From positions 85,560,001 through 85,624,000 of the forward strand of contig OX597821.1 in assembly GCA_951406725.2 (NCBI GenBank): a stretch of DNA of 64,000 bases, read 5' to 3'. Shown in pieces: positions 13,190 to 26,939 of the stretch (positions are counted from its first letter, which is position 1; each line of letters starts with the position of its first letter). The notes under the pieces are model-generated. The model ran no database searches. It was given only the letters and a program-made list of their open reading frames with translations, and was not told the DNA's origin. The stretch comes from Octopus vulgaris (Eukaryota). A program made the translations under genes and the position numbers.

Positions 13190-13601
13190 AAAAAATTGGG
13201 TATAAGAAGCATCAGATGTAGTGTGCAAGGGAGGAGATTGCGCTGGTATGGTCATGTAATGCATATGGTTGAGGATAGCTCTATACAAAGAAGCATTGAT
13301 CTCTAATTGTGGAGGGAAACTGTGGAAGAGGTAGACCCAGGAAGACGTGGGACGAAGTAATGAAATATGATTTTCAGTTGTTGAATCTCACAGAGGTAAT
13401 GTCAAGTGACTGAGACTTCTGGCAATTAGTGAAATTTTGGTTGTAGCCAGTGACACGTAAAAGATACCCCACTACACTCTGTGGGGTGGTTGGCAATAGA
13501 AAGGGCATCCAGCTGTAGAAACCAAGCCAAAACAAGCTGGAGCTTGGTGCAGCTCTCCAGATCATGCCAGCATGGAAAATGGACATTAAATGATGATGAT
13601 G
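13190..13601 (+). mobile_element. RTE-clade LINE 3' fragment with 3' UTR and (GAT)n tail
   Basis: Translates as VQGRRLRWYGHVMHM...GNCGRGRPRKTWDEVMK (RTE C-terminal motifs), then AAGGGCATCCAGCTGTAGAAAC...GCATGGAAAATGGACATTAAA-(TGA)n. Confidence 0.85.
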
Positions 13602-16600
13602 TAGTTGTTGTTACACTTCTAAAGAGTGTGGGGTGGGGGAAAAAGAGACAGTTACAGTTGCCTCACTTTTTGATCCAAGGCAACTCAATCAAGAGTTAAC
13701 CAACAAAATCTATCTTGAGTGCTTTGCTTGTATGTTGCTACTAAACTTTTCATTAGTCCCCACAGCATCATAGAAGTATGTATTTGAGGAATAGAACAAC
13801 TCAACAATATTGGTTAACCCTTTCCTGTGTATGAAATAACTTTTCCACATGAAAGAAGAGTGGAGTTTTTCTATCCAAGTTCATTTAAATACATTAACTG
13901 CTACTGGAAACTCTGATAACCACTCAACTCATTTCCCAACAATCATTTCAAATGAAAACCAATTGTTTTAGTGGTTACTAAACTTGGCTGCTATTTCTAG
14001 CAGGGTGATGACTGAATAGTGGTTCCTACATAACCTGAGATTTGTACAACAGTATTCAGGGAAGACAGTTTCCATGTTCACACAAGACAAAATACATACA
14101 GGCTGAGAAAATATATAAACTAATATGCATACACAGATCACAAGCATATGTAGATTAAAAACATTTGTGCAGAAAATTAAATATAATTCAAATAGAAAAC
14201 TTAAAAATTAAGCAAAAAACAAAAACCTATTATTCTCTTCAAACCAACCTTGAACAAATATAATAATTATAATCTGAGACAAATGTGATTAAGAATTAAC
14301 TATAGTTACACACACATATATGCTATGCGCATATAGAGAGACTTCTGTGACTGTATACGCATATGCAGAGGAATGTGGTATGGGGAGAGCATTTGGGTTA
14401 GATACAAATATTACTGATACATACACATGTATATTGATGTATAATTAGAATTAAATGGGTGGCAATAACACAAAGAAAGAATATATACTCTCTCTCTCTT
14501 TCTCTAAACAAATTAAACATACATTTCTGTTTCACCAAATGTCTAACAGAAAAGTTTTATAACTGATTTGAAACACTATGGCTCCGGCCATGCTAGAGCA
14601 ATACCACCCCAGTTGCAGAAGCATTTGCAGTAAGCGAAGGTTAAAACAAAACCTCCTGAAGTGTGTGTGTGTGAAAAGAAAATGCTTCACCAACAGGTCT
14701 TCTAAAATAAAAGCAAAATAAACAGAAAAATGAAAGTACAAAAGAAAAAGGGCAGCATCCATGCCAATTTCTTGTGTATTTTCATTCTTCTGACATACCA
14801 GTTTAAATGTACAATGACAATGATATTTTACCAAAGTAGACAAACTAACTAGTCTTAAGTGCACTATTACAAAGACATTTTAAATATTCACATTAATTGC
14901 AAAGAATACTGAAATATACTGCTGCCCTCTCAAAATTTGCTGATTTGCTTTCCTAAATTCTCATTTATGGGAAATGCTGAAATATTTTATTACACTTATG
15001 TTGAGAAAATTTATAAAAGTTTCTTGAACGAAATATTTTCTTCACATTGAAGAAAATTAATGCCAAAATTTTAACAGCTTTCACAACTAGCATTAAGTCT
15101 TAGAATTAGTAGGAGAAAAATAAAATTTGAAGCAGTAAACAAAAATATTCTTATTTCATATCTAAAATAAGTGTGTGTGTGTGTGTGTATTTCAGTATAC
15201 TTGTTATGAATGCTTTTTAAAGTAGATGTCTGCTTCTCTTGTTATAATGATGATATCACATTTTGTAAAATTGCATTTTAGAGAAGGTAAGGGATAGCAG
15301 TTTACAAAGAAAAAGAAAAACAATGAAAATGATATCTGAACTAGGATGAAGCCATAATTTGAACAATGCCTACGCATACTTGAGTTCAAATCCTTCCAGG
15401 GTTGATAAATTAAAGACAATCACTAGGGCTAATACTGACTATACCATTAAGATCTACCAGCTTGTGCTAATGTTAAAAATCTTCATTTGAAAAAGACAAT
15501 TTTTTTTAAAGGACTTAGATAAAAACATTAAACTGATTTGGAAAAGAATATGAAAAAAAAAAAAAAAATTTTGTTTTCACCCAAAGAAAAGTATATATTT
15601 TGATTAGGCCAAGTTAATGGATAATATACATCTGACTTAAATTTATGAGACTTTTTCTATTATGGTGACAAACTGCAGACTGAATATGCTTTTTTTTTCC
15701 CCTTTTTTTTTACTCTTTTGCTTTGTCTTGTTTTCTTTTCAACACACAGCTTGACAACAGAGAGTGTATTTATGTTGTACTACAACAAACACACAAGAGA
15801 ACAGGCACAGCTGTCCGTCTTCTATTTAAAGGCAATTACAACTTTGTAGACTAGTGAAAATGGATTACCGATACACGCATCAATTGATGAATAAATTTCT
15901 CATATGACAGATATTATCTAAAACCTTAAAAACAACAACTTAGAGTTACACACACACATGCATACATACGCACGTAATAGCAATAATGCTTTCACAAATT
16001 CTATTGAATTTTCTTTAATGAAAAGTACATGGTTGAAAATGAGAGAAAAAAAAAGAAAGAATTAGAATTTACAATAATAGAAATATAGAGTGAGAAAACA
16101 AATAGAAACTAAAAGCAATTAAATAAAGTAAGGTGGAAGGCAAAACAAAAATTGAACAAAATAAAAAATGATGAGGAAAAAGAAGGAATAAAGGGAGAGA
16201 AAATATAAAAATATAGCTAAAAAAAAATAGTAAAAAGAATAACATTTTAAAAGTTGGTTCAAATTAGCCAAGCGAGGAGTGGTGGTGGTGGTGGAGGGGA
16301 CGGAGAAGATAAGATACACCTGCAGAAGGAATGGAACTACAAAATTATACTGTTAATATATATGTCAATGACTATGTGTGTGTTCTGGTGTTTAATCCAC
16401 AGCACTAGTCAAAGTAGTTTTGCCGGGGCTGATGTCAACAACAAGAGTAGATGGGCAGGGGAAGAGATAGAAGGCAGGAGGGGGCGGGGCCCCTGTATTT
16501 AAAGAGATCACACCTGCAGGGACTGGAGTATTATTTTGATGGATGCTAACAACAGGCGCATAGGTCTATGAAAGTCAGTGAGATTTCTAAAGACCACATA

Positions 16601-16677
16601 AGTAACAGTCATTTGAACAAAAGACACCTCTCCACTCATGCACATAATTCCATACACAATCAAACACACACACACAA

Positions 16678-16730
<53 letters not shown>

Positions 16731-19157
16731 CATGCTCACACACACACAGAGTATATTTATACATCTCACATAATATGAGCCGGAAGATTTATATTAATAA
16801 TTCATTAGAATGTAAAGAATAAATAAAATGAAAAGTTCATTTGAAAAGAAAAGGGGAATGTTTGTGGAAAAAGACATAATACAAGTGTATAGTGTATAGT
16901 ATAATAGAATGATGGAACATTAGCTATATGTATACATACATACACACACTAAATACAGCCAATAGAAAATTGTACAGGGAGGTGGTTACTCACTCAGCTT
17001 GTTGCAATGATTACCATAATTCTAGCCAACAATGAGTACCTTTTTACCCCATTATTGTCATAAATACCTGAACACTGACAACAAGTCCATCCCACGCCCA
17101 ACTCTCCATAAAAGTAGGGGGACCACAGAACTTACTCTTACAGAAGAGTGATGCTGTATGTACCTGTAGAGGTATATTTTGGATCAAGTACAAAACCATG
17201 CTATTGTTGAGAAGGGGTTATAGTTCATTAAATAAAAGCCCATATCATTACTGATATATTTCATACATGCCAGGGAACTGAACAACAAAAGAAAACTATT
17301 AGACTGACTTGAATGGAGAATAAGGGCATCCCTGAACCAGGTACAGCTAAGGTGTCTGAACAACAATACCACTTTTACTTCCTTTTCACTCACTCAGACA
17401 AAGAAGAAGGTCTGAAACATTAGCTTGTATATGCTTTACAAGAAATGAATTTCTATATTTTTTGACTTTTCAATTGATTGATTTTTACTGACATCATCAA
17501 TTTCCCCCAATTCTAGATTTTACCATATTAAATTCAATTATCTTCTTTGTGTGTTGCTATCAGCATTCAAATAATAATGAATATAATGGTAATTTGTTAC
17601 ATAATACAATAATTTCTAACTTATGATGCACAAGGCAAAAAAAATTAGGGAAGGTATACTGTCAGTTATATATACCAACCATACCTGAAAAAATCTCTTT
17701 CAATCAAGGAAGATAAATAGTAATATTGACCCAAGAATGACTTGAATGCAAAACAAATTCTTGAATTAGAAACAAATCTGTAAGTTTTGGGGAGAGGAGT
17801 AGTTGATGAAACTGACTGGTACTTAACTGTTTACATGGATCCAGAAAAATAATAGGAATACAACTTTCTTACATCAATGTTTTTATTTATTCCACAAACT
17901 ACAGAATTCCTACAATGATTTCTTACATAGGCACAAAACCAGAAATTGTGGTGATAGGGAACAGATTATTATATTATCTATGCTACTTCAACCCAAAAGG
18001 ATGTAAGGTAAAATGAATGTCAGCAGGTTTTGAACTCTGAACATAGAATTTGAAGTCATAATTATTAATGATCTAAAATTTAAAGCCAGCTTTGTCACCA
18101 AATTTAGTTTCACACTCTATTTCAACCACTCTGCAATTTCATAACATTACGATAAATATTAATTCTAGTTCTGAAGGGTTTAACAGGACTCAATAACTTC
18201 ATAATAAATTGAAATAAAGTCAAACAATATTGTTTGACAATACACAGACACTAAGAAAATATTATTGAAGTTCCAATGATATCCAATTGCTATCTTTCAA
18301 TATCCAAGAAACCTGTGAAAATTGCAGATTTTCTATTGCTATTATCAATTTTATGGATTCTTATGAGATTGTATCACAAAATGGACAATAATAACTGTTG
18401 TACTCAGGACAACAGAAAATAATATATTTGATGGAAATAAGGATATAATTTTATTCATATTTATCTCACTGATAATTTTCATTGCAGACTTAAGTTAAAA
18501 TGAAATTAAAATGACATGTTAATAATCAATAATGTTACTTTAACACTTTCGTTAGTACATTTCTGTTCAAATGCTCTGCCTTTATTTTAATTAATTTTGA
18601 AAATAACAAAGGGTTTAATAAAACAACTGTTGTTATTAACCTGATGTCTGCAACAAATAAATATGAAATTTTGATGGAAGTTTTAATTTAGATTACTTTG
18701 AAATGAGAAGTATTTATCACTGAACCAGGGGCAGCTTCAGGCATGTTTGGTATCAAAATGATTTAATAAAGAATAAATAAAATCAAAAGAGATGAAAATA
18801 AATTTATGAAAAAAGTAGAGCCATATTATATATATATAATGTGTATGTATATGCACCCACACACACATAGACAGGCATTAACATGCAACAGTATCTTTGC
18901 ATCAGTTTTGATGCTGAGGTATTTGATAAACAAAATTATTGCAAGTGACTGAATATTACACAGATGATATACCCTAAATATAAAATCCTCAGGCTTTACC
19001 TTGGATTTTAGGTACAGAGCATCTGATGGGCTTCCATAAATTTTTATCTACTAAATTTCTACTAAGTCTACAGTGAACATGACACTCATCCAAGGTATAT
19101 CAAATACACTTGCACACAGGAAAGGACAAAAATTTGTTAGTAGTCATGAAGAAAGTA

Positions 19158-19617
19158 CTGTAAATCCTCGAGTATAATCCGCATCCCCCCCCCCCCCCCA
19201 ATTTAACGGTCAAAATCCCTAGTGCATACTATATATGAGGTTAAAAATGAAAATTATTTTCTAAGCAATGTCCGAATCTCTATTTGCTGTCTGGCGATAT
19301 TTATTCAGACAAATTTTGTGATGTCGGGCGTGAAAATATCTTAAGCTAAGCATGAAAGCAATGAAATCATAAAAGGATCATCCATAACTTGCAGTAAGCA
19401 ACATTTATTAAATGTTATTACTGTTATTTCTTTATTTTCTGCAAACAAAATGCACAAAAAAGCTACACGTTGGCATTATGTTATATATACAATAATAATA
19501 AAGGACGTTACCATATACATTTTTACAAACCAAGGACATTATACAGACCTCCTTGACTCAAGTTAGAGAAGGGGTGCGTATTATACTCAAGGGCAGACTA
19601 TACTCGAGGATTTACAG
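19158..19617. mobile_element. Complete non-autonomous Tc1/mariner-superfamily (pogo/Tc2-like) MITE
   Basis: Perfect 19-bp TIR CTGTAAATCCTCGAGTATA / TATACTCGAGGATTTACAG, TA duplicated on both sides, no transposase inside. Confidence 0.85.
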
Positions 19618-19699
19618 TACTCATCACTGCAGAGTATATGTAGGGTCAAAGGATTCTTATTTTTCATTTGATAAAATAAACAATCATAGAATCATCTCT

Positions 19700-20160
19700 T
19701 ATTTATTTCAGTCACTGACCATGGCCATACTGGGGCACCATCTTTAAGGGTTTAATCCAGTCATGGGTAAACTGCAGCCAGCAGGACATTCTGAATGGCA
19801 TGCCTGATGATGAGGCGTGTCTTATATGGCTTGCCTCTCACAAAAGGCTGCAGATACCTTAGTTTAGTCAAACAAATCAACCCCAGTACTTGTTTTTTTT
19901 TTTCTTTTAAAGTATTGTACTTATTTTATCAGCCTCTTTTGCTGAATTGCTAAGTTACAGGGTCATAAACAAACCAACACCAGTTGTCAAGTGGTGGTGG
20001 GAACAAGCACACGCGCGCGCACACAATGAAATTCCGTACAGTTTCCATCTACTAAATCCACTTGCAAGGTTGTAGACAACAACCAAGATGCTGAGCAGTG
20101 GGACTGAACCTGAAACCACATGATTGTAAAGCGTGTTTCTTTAACCACACTGTGCATGCT
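19700..20160 (-). mobile_element. Old copy of the main SINE interrupted by a hAT MITE (about 19757-19860)
   Basis: SINE tail TTTCAGTCA...TGGCCATACTGGGGCACC and head GCAGTGGGACTGAACC flank CAGTCATGGGTAAACTG..., the reverse complement of the end of 12900-13044. Confidence 0.65.
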
Positions 20161-21193
20161 ATTTTGATAATACTCTTCGGGAAGCCAAGTTAGAGAAAAA
20201 CTGAAAGGATGAAACATATATGTATTCATCCAAATCATGCTAGCATAGAAAACTGGACATTAAACAAAGAAATGAATTATTTACACATATACACACACAC
20301 CTAGCAAATACAGACTAAATATACAAATATAGACTAAACACACCACACATACACACACACATATCTCTTTGGAGTATTTTGTTGGAATATTACTTTATCA
20401 AATGGTAATAAATCAGAATTCTATATTATATATTAATAAATCACATAATCCTCTTCTGTCACATATTTGTATATCATATCTGACATTAAAACTATATGCA
20501 GCAATTTATTAAAATAATTTAACATGCAAACTATTGCAATATCTTTTTTTGTGAATAGATTTGTTCAATATTCTAAGAATATTAATTAGTCATACCTAAA
20601 TACAAAGAATCAATAAATTACAAAATAATAATTAAGAATTCATACAACTTAGGACTGCTACAAAACATTTAAAAAGAAACATCTGTAATATTTGTTCCTA
20701 CAGAATTTTGTTTTAAATGCTGGTGTTTATTGCTGTGTGAGTGTGAGCACGCATGTGTTTAAGATTCAATTTTTCCATGGAATTTATTGAGGCAGATTTT
20801 CTATGGCTTGATGCCCATCTTGTCACCAACCCTCACCAGTTTCCAATATTTTCCCATGGACAAACATGTTTTTTTACAGAATATTGGGAATGACACTGTA
20901 TAACTGACTCTGACACCTATCAAGTGATGTCAAGACAATGAGACACATACCTACACATATACACAAATGATGGGCTTCTTTCAGGTTCAATCTACTGAAT
21001 TAATTCATGGGGTTTTTTGGTTTGCCTGGAGCTATAGAAGATATATGCCCAAGGTGCTACATAGTGGGACTGAACATGAAACCTTGTGGTTGGGAAGCAA
21101 ACTTCTCAACCATACAGCCATGCTTGTTATTATGTAACACATTTAAAGTTTATATATCAGGACCTTACAGTTTCATTAAATCAGCTCTTTGAT

Positions 21194-21195
<2 letters not shown>

Positions 21196-21292
<97 letters not shown>
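21196..21292. repeat. (GA)n microsatellite grading into (GACA)n
   Basis: Directly visible, about 40 uninterrupted GA units. Confidence 0.98.
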
Positions 21293-21330
21293 GCAGGGTG
21301 AACAATGAAAGCATAAATAGCTCATTATCA

Positions 21331-21714
21331 TCTCTCTCTATATAAACGGCAGTTTGTTTGTGCGTGTTTCTGTGTGTCTGTTTGCTTGTACCCTCACCCT
21401 GACCACGGCTTTCAACCGATTCTGATGAAACTTGACACACACATAGCCCAATGTCATAATTCAAAACTAACGCAGCGGAAATTTTGAAAAGTTCCCCCAG
21501 TTCTGAAAAAAATCGATAAATTCGACATGGGGTCGAGAATCTGAAACACAAACCGCAAACTGTCTAGGGGACGCAACTCAACCTTTTTTTACTCTCAAAA
21601 AAAATTTACCATCATTTTTTTCCATTTTTTTGCTATTTTTTGGCTATAACTCTCTAAAAATGCTTTATAGTTATTTCCCTTACAAACCTGAGCAACGCCA
21701 GGCGATACTGCTAG
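21331..21714 (+). mobile_element. Non-autonomous Helitron
   Basis: A|TC 5' end followed by TATATAAA and a GTTT/GTCT tract, internal AACCGATTCTGATGAAACT, subterminal hairpin CCTGAGCAACGCCAGG, terminal CTAG|T. Confidence 0.85.
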
Positions 21715-22599
21715 TCAATGATATTTGTAAGTTTCTGAAGATGTGAGTTTGCTAATGAGGACTTGTAAACCATGAATTTAAAGCTACAAAGCTCTTTCAA
21801 AAAGATATTCAAGTATTTCACAGAATAGCTCTTTGATTGATCAAAGCTTTGCTAGGGTTCAAAAAACAACTAAAGGAATCTCTAAATGTACAATGAACTC
21901 GCTAAAAATAGCAATCCAAGTCTCCACACATCACACATCATCACCGTCAAAACAGGATACATAGTCACTGATATTCACAAGGACAGATGGTAGGCTTTCA
22001 CTGAAGGACTCTACACATACTAAAGAGAAAAAAACATACTGTATGTTTACACAAGTGTGTGAATATGTATATATTCATATATGAGTAAATATTTAAATGA
22101 ATATTCATAACTATTATTATTAATAATAATCATAATATCTATATGAATATTTACTCAAATATTTACTCATTTGTCATAAATTATGCACTGAAATTGTTTT
22201 GAATTTGGCATAAGCCTGTTCAACGCTTAATGGTCACAGTGAGATGAGTGGATCTTTGGCACTCTGTATCTAGTAAGACCAGCTGAAGAGAACTGAGGAA
22301 TAATCCAGAATTCAAAATCATGATACAGGTATATCTGTTTACCTAATTCTACAGCTTTCAGCTGAGTTAATGTGTTAAATTTTTATTTGCTCATTTGCCT
22401 GATTTCTACTAGTCTGTTATGATTTTTCAGTGAATCTGGTGGCTTATTTGAGCATTTTAAGTCTTATTTCTAGCAAGCTGGCACTTTGTGTGCCCACCAT
22501 TATAATTATTTATTAATTATAAAATTTTCTATCTATCTATCTATATGCACACACACACACACACACATACACATACATAAATACACACACATATATGCA

Positions 22600-22917
22600 T
22601 CTTTCTCTTTTACTTGTTTCAGTCAATGAACTGTGACCATGCTGGGGCACCACATTCAAAGGTTTAGTCGAACAAACCAGTATCAGTACTTACATTTTAA
22701 GCCTGGCATTTATTCTGTTTATATCTTTTGCTTAACTGCTAAGTTATGAGGATATAAACAAACCAACATGGTGGTCAAGCAGTAGAAGGGGGAGCACAAA
22801 ACCATACACAGACACTATAGGCTTTCACATAGTTGCCTAATGTGCCATGCAACGACACTGCACTTGAAACCACATCATAGCAAAGCAAGCTTCTTGGTTA
22901 CAAAGCCATGCCTGCAT
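22600..22917 (-). mobile_element. Old copy of the main SINE
   Basis: TTACTTGTTTCAGTCAAT...CCATGCTGGGGCACC...CTGCTAAGTTA...GTCAAGC matches the family consensus in reverse complement. Confidence 0.7.
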
Positions 22918-23084
22918 CTAGAAAAACTCACTAATTGCTTTATATTTAATGGATGGAATATATTATTGGAATCAGGTTAACTATTTCAAATATTGCATTT
23001 ATTATTTCCATCAAATTATACAAGATATTTATATAATACTATATAATTACCATCAAACCAAGACTTCCACAAGAATAATTATAA

Positions 23085-23175
23085 TTCCAGACATTTCTAC
23101 ATTACTGCATGTACTTTATATGCACTTTCTGACAAGTTGTGGTGCACCTGAGCACTGTATACAATAATTTCATTA
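23085..23175 (+). mobile_element. Short CR1-type 3' tail
   Basis: Nearly identical to 5431-5522 (TTCCAGACATTTCTACATTACTGC...CTGAGCACTGTATACAATAATTTCATTA). Confidence 0.75.
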
Positions 23176-24474
23176 CTTTTTTTTATAGCAGTTACGCAAT
23201 GTGAAAAACAAACAAAAAAAACATCTACAAAAATCTCAAAAGTGGAATCAACTATAAATAACAGTACGTAACATATTGGATTAAAAGTTCTTGGATGGAA
23301 AACAGGTTAAAGGCTACCTGCTGGATGTGAGCCTAAGTCTATAGAATAATATTCCTCAATTTGATAAAAATGGGTTATTTAACAAATAACAACAGTACAT
23401 TCAACCTACATACGTAAAGAAGGTATTTTACATTCTCATGTTGAATAACTAACCAATAAAATATATTTCAACAGCTGAAAGTGTGTCACACATTTCCCCA
23501 ATAAATACAGGATTTCTTTCAAACATTTGTTAAAAAAAAACAACAAAACTACAAAATTCTTTCCTGCAAACCAAAGATAGAAAAATAAATGGGGAAACTT
23601 AATGAAATTAAGATCTGATTTACGTATATTTATTATATCAATCTCCTTTTTGAGATACGAAATGAACAAGAAGGAATTCCAGACAATTACATAATTCAAT
23701 GCATTGTAAACACTATCAAAGAAACCATGGTAACAAATATATATTTGCACTGATGATGAAAATAGCTAAATTAGCTTGGTGATTTTTAGACCTGAGAAAT
23801 CCATTTTGATAATAGTATTTTCTAACTTTGGTATCATACATATTGATAGAAGCATGTTAACAATTTAATCAACTCCAGTACTTAACAACTATTATATTCT
23901 ATCGATGAAAGGCAACCTTTGTCGGTTATGGTTAATCAATAGTATTCATTCCTTTTAACATAGGTTAAGTCTTTAATTTTAAGAGTAATTCCCAGCCCAG
24001 ACTTTATATTTCAAAGTAATGAAATTAATGTTTGATGGTAATGATATTGTCAGGGCTAGTAAAGTAACCGAAGGGATTTTCAGCTTGTGTGTAAGTGTGT
24101 GTGTACAAGTGGACATGTATGCACGTGGTAGATGTGTGGAAGAGGACAGAATTGCAGACTGTGCAATGTGGAGTTGACTGTGTAGCAAGTAGCCTATTTT
24201 TAAATAAGTGCGCCAATTTGTGGTAGCTGGCAATATGACGTAATGTCGTTTTGCCGAAGAAATATTATTGTCGTTTTTCCATTGGTTAATATAACTGCTC
24301 ATATAGGAATTCTAAGAATTAGTTAAAAACCCTAGATTTTGGGAAAAAATTCAGTGTTTGTTGGATGTAACTAAACTCCATGACACTCACTCCTTTGAGA
24401 CATTGGTGATTTTTCATGCCATGTCCAAGGAAAATCCAACAAGTCTTGTTTGAATTGTTGAGATTTAATATTAG

Positions 24475-24823
24475 CTGCCAGCGCCGCCTCGACTGGCTTC
24501 TGTGCTGGTGGCACATAAAAAGCACCATCCGAACGTGGCCGATGCCAGTGCCGCCTTGGCTGGCTTCCATGCCGGTGGCACGTTAAAAGCACCAACCAAT
24601 CGTGGCCAATGCCAGACTCCCCTGGCACCTGTGCCGGTGGCACGTAAAAAGCACCCACTACACTCGCGGAGTGGTTGGCGTTAGGAAGGGCATCCAGCTG
24701 TAGAAACACTGCCAGATCAGACTGGAGCCTGGTGCAGCCCCTGGCTTCCCAGACCCCGGTCGAACCGTCCAACCCGTGCTAGCACGGAAAACGGACGTTA
24801 AACGATGATGATGATGATGATGA
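24475..24823 (+). mobile_element. Well-preserved RTE LINE 3' UTR with three internal repeats and (GAT)n tail
   Basis: GC-rich island with three GTGCYGGTGGCAC..AAAAGCACC units, GGCGTTAGGAAGGGCATCCAGCTGTAGAAAC, and GGACGTTAAAC-(GAT)n, matching the tail at 13450-13601. Confidence 0.8.
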
Positions 24824-25942
24824 ATGGGAAATTAGATAGTTAAAATATATAGTCATAATTCTCTACGACTTTTTTTTAAAATAGTGAATCACTGTATGAA
24901 AGCAATGCTACTGATATATCTATCAAGCAGTGTGTGTGTGTGTGTTTGCGCATTACCAAAATAAAAGATATCTAACAAACATCTGTTGAAGTAAGCTTAA
25001 AAAATATCATTTGTATAACAAACAGAGGTAATCAAATTGTTTAATTACAGGGATTTTACTAAAATGTTCCATGTGTACATAAATGCACTAGACAAGATCT
25101 AAAACCATACAAAGATATTTTTATTAGCTGTTTATTCCCCAAGCCAGCCTTGATTGAGTAGACTGATGATGAAATGCATTCAAACTATGATCATCCAGAT
25201 ATTTTTCAACATTAGCCTATTCCAGACTACTTTATCCATTGTGCTGCTGAAGTTCAAGGGAGATTTGGCTGTTATTTGTATCCAGCTCTCTCATTAGCTC
25301 AAATCAATATTAAGTAAATATATGTTTTTCCAATTGGTATTTAACTGGTACAGTGTTATATATATATATATAAGAATGTTCTAGCTTTAATGATAGAGAA
25401 GAGTCTATTTTAAATGTATCATCTTCTACCATCAAGTGGGAGGAATACATTAACTGAATCTTTAAAAAAATACGAAACAATTGCTTCAAGGTCCAAATTT
25501 GTTAATTACACATTTTATACACAGAACATGTACATCAAGTGTGTTAATTAGGTGTGATAATAGACAAGGGTATTATTGTTAAGAACAGAAAAGATAAGAA
25601 ATCTTACAAGATCTATAAGAAATTCAAGGTTTGCTGTGACACATATTAAACTATAAGTAATCTATTATTAATTGAATTAAGAAATTCTTCAAAGCTGCTT
25701 CACTCAATTAACCAATAATAATTTTGTAAAAAATGAATAACATCAAAGAAATATAGTTCAAAACCATATAAAACAAAAAAAGATTATTAATGAAGATTTA
25801 ATGAAGAAATTTATTTCAGATTTTTAATTAATACATTTTTGCATTTTCTAGAGAGAGATGATTTCAAAAGAAAAAATATTCTGTATAGTTAGTTAATATT
25901 CTAAGCCCAAGTTAGTTCTACAGTTCATATACATGTGTGTGA

Positions 25943-25984
<42 letters not shown>

Positions 25985-26499
25985 GAGAGAGAGACAGAGA
26001 CAGAGAGAGACAGAGAGAGACAGAAGTTTTATTTCTGATATTAAATTTTAAATTTGTAAATTTTCTACTTAATATTCATTAATTGAATTTTATTAAAAAA
26101 TTACAAGAAATATTTTTAACCACAAGCTCAAAATAATTCCAGTACACATGGAGTAAAATATTTAATTAAAAGTTAATACCATATATTTTTTACATGTGTT
26201 GCTAAAGTTTATTGTACTTACATAAATTGCAAATTTAAACATGGTATCTAAGATAATGATTGCCTTTAGGACATTGCCTTTAGGACATTGCCTTTAGGAC
26301 ACAAATCTGAAGGGGAGAAATTTCTGCTGACTGAGATCTCCCTGCTAAAAAGTTTTGTACTTATGACTGCTACCACCAGGACAGATTCCTAAACTAAATC
26401 CTTCCAAGGATGACAATTAAGACCCAATAATATACTGGATGTGATTCCTTTAACTTTACACTTGTCCTACAAATTCATGTTCTTATAGCTATCTTTTTG

Positions 26500-26710
26500 T
26501 ATTTTACTTGTTTCTGTCATTAGATGTGGCCATGCTGGAGCACCACCTTGAAGAACATTTCCGTCAAATGCATTGACTCTAGTACTTATCTTTTAAGCCT
26601 GGTACATATACTATCAGTCTCTTTTACCAAACTGCTAAGTTATGGTGACGTATACACATCAACATTGGTTGTCAAGCAGTGCTGGGGGACAAACACATAC
26701 ACAATGACAT

Positions 26711-26757
<47 letters not shown>

Positions 26758-26939
26758 TACATACATACATACAACAGATATTTTTCAGTTTCCGTCTACC
26801 AAATCCACTCACAAGGCCTTGATCAGCTCAAGGCTATACTAGAGGACACTTGCCCAAGGTGCCATGCAGTGGAACTGAACCTAGATCAATGTGGTTGGGA
26901 AGCAAACTTCTTACCACACAGCCAGCCATGCCTGCACCT
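26500..26939 (-). mobile_element. Main tRNA-derived SINE with internal (CA)n
   Basis: Full head-to-tail homology with 29096-29500 in reverse complement. Confidence 0.85.
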
